DNA of 64,000 nucleotides, from assembly GCA_963843575.1 (NCBI GenBank), contig CAWJKZ010000019.1, positions 224,001-288,000 of the forward strand. Reading direction: 5' to 3'. The DNA comes from an uncultured Acidobacteriota bacterium (GTDB lineage: Bacteria; Acidobacteriota; UBA6911). Below are positions 31,636-42,202 of this stretch, piece after piece. The notes under the pieces were generated by a model. That model had not been told where the DNA came from, ran no database searches, and saw only the letters and a program-made list of their open reading frames with translations. The stretch's first letter is position 1; every line of letters begins with the position of its first letter. A program made the translations under genes and the position numbers.

Positions 31636-33837
31636 TCACCCGAGCAGTCTGAGGTATTGATCCGCCAGGTTCGATTCGCCGTCCTGCGGGGCGATTACGA
31701 AACGGTCCCGTGCGCCGGCGCGAGCATAGACCTCACGCGTGAAGCTGTACTCACGCTCGGCCGACGCGATTTTCACCGGTTCTTTCATGGCATCGACGGG
31801 CGCGACCAGCGCCAGCCTACGATCGGCGATAGCCGCCGCAACGTGCGGGAGATCAAAGGAGGTCAGGACGTCGCGGACGAAGACTCCGGCGCTGTGCAGG
31901 TAACGGTCGACTCCGGTCAGGCTGGCATAGGAGATGAGCCCGCGCTCGACAACCGCGGCACGGATGCGGCCGTCGAGCGCCGCCGCGTAGAGGGTCCACA
32001 ATGCACCCGCATCCTTGCCGATCGCGTCCACGCCCGATCCGTCAACGTCCGGACGGCTCAGCACGTAATCGACGCTCCGCAGAACATCCTGGACTCGCAT
32101 CCCGAAAAGGCAGCGGTTCATGTGCCAGGCCATGTATGCCGTGGCCGTTTCCACGCTGAACAGGTGCGAGAATCGGCTGCCCTGCAGGTCCTGACAGTGC
32201 GGCGGGGCTGTGGCGCCCATGCCGCGCACGTCTACGGAGACCACGAGCCGCCCCAGTTGGGCCAGACGCTCGACGATCCCGAATTCCATCCCGTCCGCTA
32301 CCTTGCCCGATTCCGAAGCGTAGAGGATGGCGCGGCCTGAAACTCGGCGCGCGGGCAGGAAAACCCAGGCTGGAACGTATATGCCGGGTTCCGACAGGAA
32401 CTCCAGTTTCTCGACCACGTACCGTTTGCGCGGCGTGACACCCAGATGCCGCACGGCAAGCGGTTGATCCGAGGTTTGTGGTTCCAGCCGCAGCAGCGTC
32501 TTGATCTGGCCGGCGATCTGTGTACGGAACGCTGCCCGTTCGTCGGCGTTACCGGGGACCCTGCGCGCGGGTGGGAGCGAGGCGCCCTGCCGCGCGATCA
32601 GCGAGAAAATCGTCTGGCCCTGTCGCGCGTTCCGGATCGAGCCGTTCGGAGTCGAGTAGAGCGCCTCCGGTTTTCGGATCTCGAGATCGGGCTCGGCGGC
32701 CGGGCCCGGGCGTCCGTAAAACCAGCGGCTGAACCAGTCCGTGGTCGCCAGCCTCAGCTTGACCGTGTATGCGTGCGGATCGTTCGCCTCGGCGGTTGCG
32801 AAACGGTCTGCCGCGCCCAATTGCTCGTAGCGGCTCCGGATGTGGGCTGCGGCAGCGTTGAAGTCCGGCGTGTATTCCTCGATGAGGGCCAGCAGGGGGC
32901 GGGGCGCGATGGCTGCGTGCAGGTCGCACCTGTCGATGCCGTATACGGCGGCAGGAAAAAGGTTCTGCTCGACGTCCGATGGTCCGACGCGGTCGGCTGG
33001 AGCGATCCTGACGGGCCAACGGTGGCTTGTGCCCCCCTCGTTGATCACCGCACACCTGACCCGCTGGTCCAGGGCGCTGATGAACATCGTCATCGTGCCG
33101 CCGCCGGAATGCCCGGCGCATCCGATCCTGGTGGCATCGACCTCCGGCCTCGTCAGCAGGTAGTCGATCGCGCGCATTCCGTCCCATATGCGGTAGTGCG
33201 TGAGGTCCTGTCCCATGAGCAGGAGCACCTGCCCCGGCATCGAGTGCTCGTAAATCGGGTCGGCAAGGTCCGGCGCCGCGCCCGTGGTATCACTGTACTG
33301 CCGCCGTTCGCCCTGGCCGATAGGATCGTACGCGAGGACGGCAAAGCCGTTCCCGACCAGGTCGAGGTAGAGGGCCTGGTAGTCGGGCTGCATGCGCGCC
33401 AGCACGTAGTGACCGCACGGTGAGATGATCCCGGGAAACGGCCCCCGGCCGGCAGGAACGTACACGTTTCCGCTGACCCAGAAATCCGGCCGGCTCTCGA
33501 ACAGGATGTTTTCGACGCGGTACCCACGCGACTCCGTGGTTCGAACCACCTTGGCTGCGAGCGGCGTCCGAGGCGGCAGGCCGTGAATCATGCCGAGGAA
33601 CTTCTCCCGGACAAACGCGTTGCGCCCCTCAATCTCGGCGGGCGTGTGGATGGCAGCCCGTTCCTGGTCCCAATTGGCAGCGAGTGTGTTCAGCCGATTT
33701 GACAGCCAGGCGAGCAGCATGTCCGGGTGATCCTGCGCGTACGACTGAATCTCGGCAGTCAGTGCGGGAGAACGGAGCCCAAAGCTCGACGGCAGCAATG
33801 CTCCGCGCTCGAGGAATTCCCGACGGCTCAGCTGCAT
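31636..33837 (-). CDS. Tat-exported two-domain alpha/beta hydrolase (acetylxylan esterase-like)
   Basis: SRREFL leader. Domain 1 has CGH, DPIGQGER and GHSGGG. Domain 2 has DVRGMG, and its nucleophile elbow reads GKDAGA. Confidence 0.82.
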   Translation of the reverse strand: MQLSRREFLERGALLPSSFGLRSPALTAEIQSYAQDHPDMLLAWLSNRLNTLAANWDQERAAIHTPAEIEGRNAFVREKFLGMIHGLPPRTPLAAKVVRTTESRGYRVENILFESRPDFWVSGNVYVPAGRGPFPGIISPCGHYVLARMQPDYQALYLDLVGNGFAVLAYDPIGQGERRQYSDTTGAAPDLADPIYEHSMPGQVLLLMGQDLTHYRIWDGMRAIDYLLTRPEVDATRIGCAGHSGGGTMTMFISALDQRVRCAVINEGGTSHRWPVRIAPADRVGPSDVEQNLFPAAVYGIDRCDLHAAIAPRPLLALIEEYTPDFNAAAAHIRSRYEQLGAADRFATAEANDPHAYTVKLRLATTDWFSRWFYGRPGPAAEPDLEIRKPEALYSTPNGSIRNARQGQTIFSLIARQGASLPPARRVPGNADERAAFRTQIAGQIKTLLRLEPQTSDQPLAVRHLGVTPRKRYVVEKLEFLSEPGIYVPAWVFLPARRVSGRAILYASESGKVADGMEFGIVERLAQLGRLVVSVDVRGMGATAPPHCQDLQGSRFSHLFSVETATAYMAWHMNRCLFGMRVQDVLRSVDYVLSRPDVDGSGVDAIGKDAGALWTLYAAALDGRIRAAVVERGLISYASLTGVDRYLHSAGVFVRDVLTSFDLPHVAAAIADRRLALVAPVDAMKEPVKIASAEREYSFTREVYARAGARDRFVIAPQDGESNLADQYLRLLG

Positions 33838-33899
33838 CGCAGATCTCCCCGGATCGAGGCACTTTCACCATACTCCGAACCGCACGAACCGGTGAAGTC

Positions 33900-34229
33900 A
33901 ATTCAGTGTCTTGGCGGATCGGTTGGCTCGCCGAGCTCTGCCAGCGTTCATCCGCGTCCGTCGCAGCCGAACTGGTCGGGCAGAGGGGTTCCGGAAACTG
34001 GATCCTGCACCTGGTGAATTTCGATATCGCCAGGCCGGTCGACAACGTTGTCGTGAACCTGCGCCTGCCAAAAGAAAGGGAACTGAAACAGGCGGTAATG
34101 GAGACTCCTGACGGTCTTGCGACTCAGGTACTCGAGGCCGCACAAACAGGGGGCGTGGCTTCCTTTCGGGTGCCCCGCCTGAGAGTCTACAGCATGGTGC
34201 GACTGACCTTTACCTCGCCACGATCGTAA
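33900..34229 (+). pseudogene. C-terminal remnant of a large glycosyl hydrolase-like gene
   Basis: WILHLVNFD...FRVPRLRVYSMV resembles the C-terminal beta domain of GH42-like proteins. There is no credible start. Confidence 0.5.
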
Positions 34230-34369
34230 TCGATCCCTTATTTCGCCAATCTCCACGGTTCAATATTCCTGAGCCGCAGGCATCTCACTCGGAAGAACCG
34301 CCCGAAGAATGGCACGCTCACCAAGCCCAATTGCGACGCTGCGACTCTGCGCAACCGTGGACCTCGTAG

Positions 34370-35221
34370 TCAATTGGGGAGCCGCGCCAGCTCCTTTGCG
34401 TAGAGGGGGTTTCCAGGGAATTCGCGCGCCAGGCCTTCCAGCAGATCCCTCGCCTTGCTCGGGGCGTTTTCGCGCATCGCCGCAAAGGCGAGGAGCAGAC
34501 GCGCATACGGCAGCAGGTAGTGTCCTTTTTCCGCGACCAACGTCAGTTGTTCGATCCCCTCCCGCTTGTCGGCCTTGGCGCCATACAGCCGCAGCATCCA
34601 GCGTACCGGGGCGGGACGCAGCCCGAGGAGATAGTTCTCGATGCCGAGGGCGAGGTATCCGTCGTAGTAGGAAGGGTGCAGCGAAAGCAGCTTTTCGCCG
34701 AGAATGCCGGCCTGTTTTATATAGGCGAGGGAAGCGAGGTAGCGCTTTTCAATCAGCCCCGAATAATCCGCTCTCATCCCGAGATTCATCATCCTGGCGA
34801 ACATAGCGTTGGCATCCCCGGGCGAGCGGCGGAGCACCGCGTCCGCGAGCTGGTCGCTTCTCGCCAGGGCGCGCTCGAAACCCTGCCTGGCTGCCGGGTC
34901 TGGAGCGCCGGTCTGCATCCTCTTGAACTTGTAGTCGTCGGTGAACAATTCCGAGCGCAGGATGCCCATCCGATCGAATTCGGAAAACAGGAAAGCCGCG
35001 GCGTCCGAACAGGGGCCCATCGGGTCGTTCGGATGCGAAGCTTCGTACGACCGGAAGCTCTGGTGCGCTTCGGCGAACTGCAGGTTGTACATCTGACGGT
35101 AGCCCGCATCGAGGGGCAAGCGCGGGGAGAGCGCGGTGGTATCTGCTCCGCCCGCCGCGGGGTAAGTACCTTGGGCCATTCCAATGAAGATGGAAAGCAG
35201 GATGATGTTTTGAAAATTCAT
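34370..35221 (-). CDS. Exported TPR-like helical protein
   Basis: Hydrophobic leader and helical repeats ending in EFPGNPLY. Confidence 0.65.
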   Translation of the reverse strand: MNFQNIILLSIFIGMAQGTYPAAGGADTTALSPRLPLDAGYRQMYNLQFAEAHQSFRSYEASHPNDPMGPCSDAAAFLFSEFDRMGILRSELFTDDYKFKRMQTGAPDPAARQGFERALARSDQLADAVLRRSPGDANAMFARMMNLGMRADYSGLIEKRYLASLAYIKQAGILGEKLLSLHPSYYDGYLALGIENYLLGLRPAPVRWMLRLYGAKADKREGIEQLTLVAEKGHYLLPYARLLLAFAAMRENAPSKARDLLEGLAREFPGNPLYAKELARLPN

Positions 35222-35600
35222 CAGAGTCGGTTGATCAGGGGCGGAAATTACCGTGGCCGCCTCCCATCGTCCTCGACGTCGTGCTGCACCGATGACGAAT
35301 TCATCGAAGAGCGGAGGACTCATCTTGCGGACCATGTTACCGCATATCACTGTTCCCGGAGAAGTTGCGTCAAGAGCATCTGGCCGAAACGTTCGTCAGT
35401 CCACCTCTTGGGCATCAGAGTGAAAATTATGGCAGAAAAGTTCACGGTGGCTTTGATCCCGGCCCACGTCCCAGGCAGTCGCTTCGCCCCACGGAACGTC
35501 GTGGGGTGAAAAAGACTCGGTGACATCGCTGCTTGTGGGTATGATTCTGCCCTGCGGCATTCTCGCGTTTTGCCCAGGCGTCTTCAGTGGGGGGAACCAG

Positions 35601-36770
35601 GTGCCCATTTCGAATCGTAGGGTCGCGTGTTGGATGACGGTCGTTCTGTTCCTGCTCACGCAGCCCGGGTGGGCAGGCCAGAGGCCGAAGAACATCATTT
35701 TGTTGATCGGGGACGGCATGGGAGTCGGGCACGTAACGCTGGCACGGCTCGCTGCCCAAGCCGATGGCAAGACTCTGATGATGGACACCATGAAAACTGC
35801 AGGCCTGGTCCAGACGCGCTCGGCCGATTCCATAATGCCGGATTCTGCGGCAGCGGGCACGGCGCTCGCGACCGGCTGGAAGACCAATAACGACATGGTC
35901 AGTGTGCTGCCCGATACCAGCAACACGAGCGTCGCCAGCATCCTGGAGGTTGCACAGGACCTGAAGAAGTCCACGGGGCTGATTACGGACACGGACATTG
36001 TGGACGCCACCCCCGCAGTCTTCGCAGCCCATGCCAGGTCGCGCGAGGAGTTGCCCGAGATCGCCGGTAAAATTCTGCGGCAAAAGGTGGATGTGTTGCT
36101 GGGGGGTGGCCGGGCTTTTTTCATACCCCAATCCCGGACGGGCAGCATGAGGAAGGACGAGACGGATCTTCTTGCGCGCGCGGCGCAAGAAGGGTACGCG
36201 GTGGTTGGAACCCGGGGCGAACTCGAGCAAGAGCGATCGGGGAAGGTCATCGGCTTATTCAACCTGAGAGCCCTCGCTGCCGGGGCGTCCGAACCCTCCC
36301 TGGCAGAGCTTGCCGATAAAGCCATCCAGCTACTGTCCCGAAATCGGCGGGGATTCTTCCTGATGGTCGAAGGGGACCATATCGACGAGAAAGCGCACGC
36401 CCACGACGCCGCAGGGGTGATTCAGCAACTCCGCGAATTTGACGCGGCGGTGGGAGTGGCGCTTGCGTTTGCGCGGAGCCGGAAGGACACGCTGGTCGTC
36501 GTGGTCGCAGACCATGAGACCGGCGGGCTCGTCGTACTGCCGCCAGCCCAGGGAAGCCCGAAGGCATGGTCGGTCGCCTGGTCCACCGACGATCATTCCG
36601 GCAACAACGTGCTCCTGCTCGCCGACGGGCCAGGCGCCTCGGAATTTGGCGGCGTCCGGGACAACACCGAGATTCCCAAGACTATGGCGAGGTTGTGGAG
36701 GGTAAGGGGCTTCCCACGAAAGATGTCGCCGCCGCCACACGCCGCAGCGTCGCAGGGGACCACCTCATAA
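35601..36770 (+). CDS. phoA: Alkaline phosphatase (PhoA family)
   Basis: Signal peptide, IGDGMG, DSAAAGTALATG, ATPA, EG..ID..AH, ADHETGG. Confidence 0.92.
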   Translation: MPISNRRVACWMTVVLFLLTQPGWAGQRPKNIILLIGDGMGVGHVTLARLAAQADGKTLMMDTMKTAGLVQTRSADSIMPDSAAAGTALATGWKTNNDMVSVLPDTSNTSVASILEVAQDLKKSTGLITDTDIVDATPAVFAAHARSREELPEIAGKILRQKVDVLLGGGRAFFIPQSRTGSMRKDETDLLARAAQEGYAVVGTRGELEQERSGKVIGLFNLRALAAGASEPSLAELADKAIQLLSRNRRGFFLMVEGDHIDEKAHAHDAAGVIQQLREFDAAVGVALAFARSRKDTLVVVVADHETGGLVVLPPAQGSPKAWSVAWSTDDHSGNNVLLLADGPGASEFGGVRDNTEIPKTMARLWRVRGFPRKMSPPPHAAASQGTTS

Positions 36771-36889
36771 TTTCGCCGGCGCCAAGGCGCCGGGCATTTC
36801 GGCTCATATCGCAAGTCGTAAGCGGCGCCGAGGCGCCGCCACACGGCCGCAGGGGCACACTCGCGGTACGATCGATTGGCGGAGAGGCC

Positions 36890-38350
36890 ATGGAACCGAT
36901 TCGCGTGCTGTCTGATTTGCAGATGGAGCTGATTGACGATGCAGCCGGGGCAATCCTCGAGAAGACCGGGATGATCATGAGATCGGCTGAGGCCCTGGAC
37001 TACCTCGAACGGTTCGGCTGCAGGGTCGATCGCGCGAGCTTCCTCGTCCGGTTTCCGCGGGAACTGACGCGGAGGATGGTGGAAAAAATGCGCCGGGACT
37101 ACACGCAGCCGGATCGGCCCGAGAGGATGAATGTCCGTTTCAGCCACGTTCGCTTCCGGAAGACTCCTCACCAGGTGCATCCCGATTTCACCGTCTCGGC
37201 CGGCGGGTTCGTGCCCTTCATCTTCGACCTCGAGGGCGTGCGCCGCCAGGGCAACCGGCACGATGTTCTCTGCTCGATCAACATGGTGAATCATCTGAAA
37301 CACATCGACCTGACCGGGCTCCCGGTTTCCGACCAGACGATTCCTGCCCCTTACCGCCCCGTCGCGATGGCGGCCGAGTTGGTCAAATACACGCGCAAGA
37401 TCGGCGGCATAGAAACGTTTCGCAAGGAAGACGTGCCGTTCATGATGGAGATCGGGCGGATTGTGGCAGGGCCGGATTCCGAGTTCCGCCGCTGCCCGGT
37501 TGTGGTCGGATACGCCGAGACGCGATCGCCGCTTTGTTTCGACGAAAACATGATCGGTATCTTCCTCTCGTATGTGAAACTTGGCGTACCCCAGACCGTC
37601 GACTGCATGCCATGCGGCGGGACGACAGCGCCTGTTACCGCGGCGGGAGTCCTGGCTCTTGGGGCGGCCGAGACTATCGGTGCGATGACGTTGGCCTATG
37701 CGGTTCGTGAGGACGCCGTCGTCGGCCTGGACATCACTCCATCCTTCGCCGACATGACCAGCGGCAACTTCAAGTACGGCGGCGCCGACCGGTGCAATCT
37801 TCTTATGGCCCGGATTCAGCTCCTCTCGGAATATTACGGCTGCGCTGCCGGCGTCCATGGCGGCAAAACGGACAGCTGCTTTTTCAACGAGCAGACGGGT
37901 ATCGAGAAGGCCGCCACGTTGCTAACGGCGGTCCTGGCAGGCGCGATAGGGGTCGGGACAGTCGGGCATATCGAGAATGCCGTGACATTCAGCCCTGTGC
38001 AACTGGTGATCGACAACGAGATCGCCTCGTACGTCCGGAGGGCCATACGCAGCCCCATCGAAATCACCCCGGAAACTCTGGCCGTCGACCTGATCCACGT
38101 GGTCGGACCGGGGGGGAATTTCCTCAACGCGATGCACACAGCCGAGCATTTCCGAGGCGAGTTGCACCTTTCGCCGCTGTTCCCGGCCCGAGCCTGGGAT
38201 TCAATCCAGCGAAATCGCGCTGCGTTCGACACCGCTGAAAGGGCTGCTCAGATCGCGCGCGAACTTTGGCGACCGGCCTGCGAACCGGTGCTGACGGACG
38301 ACCAGGTTCGTGCTCTGGACGATGTAGTGCGGCGGTCGCAGGCAGGCTGA
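36890..38350 (+). CDS. Trimethylamine methyltransferase (MttB) superfamily protein, no pyrrolysine codon
   Basis: ILEKTG, SPL.F, GTTAPVT.AG, DM.SG, TDS, SP.QLVIDNEI and VGPGGNFL...HT. No in-frame TAG. Confidence 0.88.
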   Translation: MEPIRVLSDLQMELIDDAAGAILEKTGMIMRSAEALDYLERFGCRVDRASFLVRFPRELTRRMVEKMRRDYTQPDRPERMNVRFSHVRFRKTPHQVHPDFTVSAGGFVPFIFDLEGVRRQGNRHDVLCSINMVNHLKHIDLTGLPVSDQTIPAPYRPVAMAAELVKYTRKIGGIETFRKEDVPFMMEIGRIVAGPDSEFRRCPVVVGYAETRSPLCFDENMIGIFLSYVKLGVPQTVDCMPCGGTTAPVTAAGVLALGAAETIGAMTLAYAVREDAVVGLDITPSFADMTSGNFKYGGADRCNLLMARIQLLSEYYGCAAGVHGGKTDSCFFNEQTGIEKAATLLTAVLAGAIGVGTVGHIENAVTFSPVQLVIDNEIASYVRRAIRSPIEITPETLAVDLIHVVGPGGNFLNAMHTAEHFRGELHLSPLFPARAWDSIQRNRAAFDTAERAAQIARELWRPACEPVLTDDQVRALDDVVRRSQAG

Positions 38351-38448
38351 AAACAACATCAAATCCCATCCGCGACGGATTTCGTGCCGCAACCCTCAAT
38401 CGGTTTGCGGCTCCGGCCGCGCCGTGCGTGGCGTGGCTGCTCGTCCTC

Positions 38449-39805
38449 TCAGCCTGGGATCGAGTTCAGCTTGTCGCGGTTTTCGTAGACCTTTTGGAAG
38501 GCGTTGATGATGTCGTCCATGTTCTCCTTGGGGGCGGTCAGGGGCCCGGAAGCCCAGATCATCGCCATCTCCTGGCAGACCAGGTCGCATTTGGGGCACT
38601 GCATCTCTTCGCGATACCTCTTGAGCCGCGCCGCGGAAAACATCTTCTGGTAGACCTTCGAACCCAGGATGTGGTCCACCCAGGGCTCCTTGTGCAGCCC
38701 GTGCTTTATGTACCCGTCGAGCGAGATGCCTTCCGCGGCGATAGCCTTCAGGAACTTGCTCCGGTCGACGCCGTTGAAGTGCTCTTTCTTGTAGCTCATC
38801 GCGTAGATGTAGAAGGAGCCGCTCTCGGTGCCGGGGTACAGTTTCTGGGGCACGAGGCCGGGGATGTCTTTGAGCCCGGCGGTCAGACGCCTGGCATTTT
38901 CGTTGCGCAGCACGTGGCGCGCCACGACGCCCGGCAGTTGGCCGAGCAGCAGGGCCGCCTCCAACTCGTTCATGCGGTATTTCGGGCCGGCCACCTCCGT
39001 GAATCCCCGGCGCGAGGTGCCGTGGTTGTGGACGGTGTAGCACCTGTCCATCAGCGCTTCGTCGTTTCCGATGATGGCCCCGCCCTCGCCGCACGCGAGG
39101 GTCTTGCTCGACTGGAAGCTGAAGCACCCGCAATCGCCGATCGTCCCGAGCGTCCTGCCCCTGTGGATCGGCGAGGTGCGCCTGGCAGGCGTCCTCGATC
39201 ACCTTGAGGTTGTGCTTTTTGGCAATCGCCATGATCCGGTCCATGTCGCAGGGCTGGCCCATCATGTGAACCGGCATGATGGCCCGGGTGTTTTCGGTGA
39301 TTCTCCGTTCGACGTCGTCCGGATCGAGCTGATAGGAGGCGGGATCCAGGTCGGCCAGCACCGGGAGCGCCCGGCTGGACAGGATCGAGGCGATGGTGCC
39401 CGGATCCGTGTAGGGCGAGGTGATGACTTCGTCGCCCGGGCCGATGCCCAGGGCCTCCACGCAGGTGTGAAGCGCCTGGGTTCCGGCGCCCGTGGCGACG
39501 CAGAAATTTGCCCCCGTCAATTGGGCGTATTTCTTTTCAAACGTGGGCACAGTGCCCGATTCGGACTGGATTCGGCACCAGATCCTGCTCTTGGTGGTGT
39601 CGACGATGGATTTGACGACATTCTCGTCCCAGTAGGGCCATTCCGGCCACTTCTTGTTTTGCCTGACCGGCGTGCCGCCGAGGATAGCCAGCTTGCCTCC
39701 ATCGCCGCTGACGAATCCGTAGCCAGGAACACCTGCCGAGATTGCAACAGAGCCCGCCGAGGCCGTAGTGATGAACTGCCGCCGCGTCAACTGATTCTTG
39801 TCCAT
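38449..39805 (-). CDS. Tat-exported DegT family aminotransferase, paralog 2, frameshift near 39150-39180
   Basis: TRRQFI leader, GIGPGDEV, IEDACQAH, then FSFQSSKTL in the next frame. Confidence 0.88.
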
Positions 39806-40045
39806 TTCCCTGTCCCCCCAGTATTTGCCACGGCCCAAAATACCACTTACCCCCCATCCGCGCAGCTTATTGTGCCAGGAGCACGCTTTTGGGGACGCGG
39901 ATGGCCGCGGATAGGCTGTCGGCTTCGGGCTCCCGGCTTCTGTCTTGCGGCCTCGGTCTCTTCAACTTGTCGTTGTACTCCCGGATGGAAATGCCTATAA
40001 GTCGAAGGAGGGTGGAGCGATCCTGGCGTAATCCGCGGAGGGCAA

Positions 40046-40519
40046 ATGCGCTTTCTGATTGGCACGCTGCTCGCGGTCGTCTGTGCGGTTCCGCATGTGA
40101 GTCCCCAGATCGCCCCTGCCCGGGATGCAGCGGGGCAACGCGACGCGCAGGCGGAAAGGGCCCGGCGGCTGTCCGTGTCGTACTATGCTCAGGCGCTCGC
40201 TCATGCCCCGGCGGCATGGAAGGAGACCATTGACGTGAAGCACCGGCGGTCGGTAATGCAGGGCGGCGATCCCAAGTTGATCGACGCTCTGGGATGGCAC
40301 TTCTGTGCCGACTGATTGGGCGAAGCAAGAAGCCAGGAGCAGGAAGCCAGGGCAGGAAGCCAGTTCCGCTTTGAGGATGCAACATATCGGCGTGATTTGG
40401 GGACGTAGCCTTCAGGTATGCTGGACTGGAGGGAGGGACCGGGCGCACTGAGGAACCGGTCGGTACGCTTCCGGTTCAACCTCTCCAACGGGAGACTCTA
40501 TTCCTTCCGAGTGGACTGA
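40046..40519 (+). pseudogene. Gene remnant(s): signal-peptide N-terminus plus a glycosidase-type C-terminal tail
   Basis: 40046..40315 is a short ORF with a signal peptide. 40421..40519 reads LDWREGPGALRNRSVRFRFNLSNGRLYSFRVD*, a tail typical of beta-propeller glycosidase-like proteins. Confidence 0.5.
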
Positions 40520-40707
40520 CGGCGCAGGGTGCAGCGGCAAGCGAACCGGAACCGCTCTGCGTCGAGCTGAAGGTCCGAGAGCGTCTCCCATCCGGGTCGC
40601 GTCGATGAAGGGCTCCTCGGCCTGCTCTGCCAATAGGCTCCTGCCCGCGACTAGGCGAGCCGTGAATACGCGACGGATTTGAACCGCAGTTCGCCGGCAC
40701 CTTCTGT

Positions 40708-42099
40708 TTATATGAACTGAGGCGTTTCTCTCAGGCTCTTCTGGTCCCGGTCCTCGAGATTGAGGTTCACGCCATCGATGCGCAGCCTGGCCTGGACTTC
40801 GCCTGCCGGCAGTTCGCGCGGCACGATCCCCTTTTTCGCGGCCAGCGCGGCTGCGACACCCGCGGCATGGCCCGTGGCCATGCAGTTGCCTATGGCCTTA
40901 CCCGCCCCCGCAGCGACGTGAGTCGTGGAGATGCAGCGCCCGCCCACGAGGAGCCCGTCGAGCTTCTCCGGTATCAGTGCCCGGTAGGGAACGTCGTGGA
41001 TCTTCATCCGGTAGTTTTCGATGTCCTTGATCCCCCCCTGGTCGACGAACCCGGAGCGCCACGCGACGGCGTCGTCGAAGACCCGCCCGGCGAGTGCGTC
41101 CTGCTCGGTGATGACATAGACGCCCTTGACGCGGCGGGTTTCGCGCACGCCCACCTGCGGCCCGGCGGCAACCAATTCGATGCTGTTGAGGCCCGTATTG
41201 CCGGACTCGCGCAGCGCCTGCACCATCTGCAGCACCTGCCGCCGGCTGGTGCACTCGGCTTTCGTACGTTCAACCGGATCGGTCGCGTCCACCCTGCCCA
41301 TGTCCGAAGTGCCGGCGTGATTGATCCACCAGCTGTGGCTGTTGGCGATCGGCAGCATTTCCATGAATCCGGAGGTGATCAGCGGGTACCTGGCTTTCCC
41401 GCGCTGGATCGTAGCCAGAATCTCTTCGGCTCGAACCTTCGTCGTATCGATATTGGACAGGGCCAGCCCCAGGGTGACGGGCATGAGTTCTTTGGGGTCC
41501 ATCATGGTCTCCGCCCCCGCGTAGAACGCCACGTCCGCATCTCCGGTGCAGTCCACCACGGCCTTGGCCCGGAGCGCCATCAACCCGCGTTTCGTGCCGA
41601 TGACCACGCCGGTCACGCGGTTGCCTTCGACAATCGTGTCCACCGCGCGCACGTGGACCAGGTACCTGGCGCCGACCTCGTCGAGGGCGTCGAGAACCGC
41701 AACCTTGAGGTATTCCACGTTGGTCAGCAGCCCGTGCACGCTGAGTTTTACCGCCTGGTCGCCCATGGCCTGGAGTTTCCGGACCAGCAGTTCGTGCACC
41801 TGCGAACGCGGTTTGCCTTCGGGCCGTATGTGGTTCAGCGGCATCCCTACCTGCCAGGCCCCGATCCCGCCGAAAAAGGAGTGGTTTTCGATAAGGAGGG
41901 TGTTGGCGCCGGCACGGGCGGCACCCAGCGCGGCTCCGATGCCCGCGGGTCCTCCGCCCACCACCAGGACCTCCGTAGTGTCCAGCGTCGGGTATCGTGA
42001 GCCCGCGACCACCTTCTGCGAAGAGGTTTTCGCCGACAGCGACGCCATGCCACCAGTAACGATAAGCTGGCGCCTCGAAATATTCCGCTGTTTCCCCAC
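40708..42099 (-). CDS. FAD-dependent oxidoreductase with a Tat-like leader
   Basis: SRRQLI, VVGGGPAG, DCTGDAD, GVRETRR, PYRAL.P, GRCIS. Confidence 0.88.
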   Translation of the reverse strand: MGKQRNISRRQLIVTGGMASLSAKTSSQKVVAGSRYPTLDTTEVLVVGGGPAGIGAALGAARAGANTLLIENHSFFGGIGAWQVGMPLNHIRPEGKPRSQVHELLVRKLQAMGDQAVKLSVHGLLTNVEYLKVAVLDALDEVGARYLVHVRAVDTIVEGNRVTGVVIGTKRGLMALRAKAVVDCTGDADVAFYAGAETMMDPKELMPVTLGLALSNIDTTKVRAEEILATIQRGKARYPLITSGFMEMLPIANSHSWWINHAGTSDMGRVDATDPVERTKAECTSRRQVLQMVQALRESGNTGLNSIELVAAGPQVGVRETRRVKGVYVITEQDALAGRVFDDAVAWRSGFVDQGGIKDIENYRMKIHDVPYRALIPEKLDGLLVGGRCISTTHVAAGAGKAIGNCMATGHAAGVAAALAAKKGIVPRELPAGEVQARLRIDGVNLNLEDRDQKSLRETPQFI

Positions 42100-42202
42100 G
42101 ATTCCCTCCCCGCAGCGATGGATTACACGGGTTTGCTGCGACGGTGTCCATCCTACACCGTCTGCTGCCCCGGTTCCCGCGAATTGGTGCTATGCTAGCT
42201 CC

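Noticed and set aside
41546-42202. N-terminal extension of the gamma-glutamyltransferase ORF
   Set aside because: It overlaps the FAD oxidoreductase on the other strand. The signal peptide begins at 42203.
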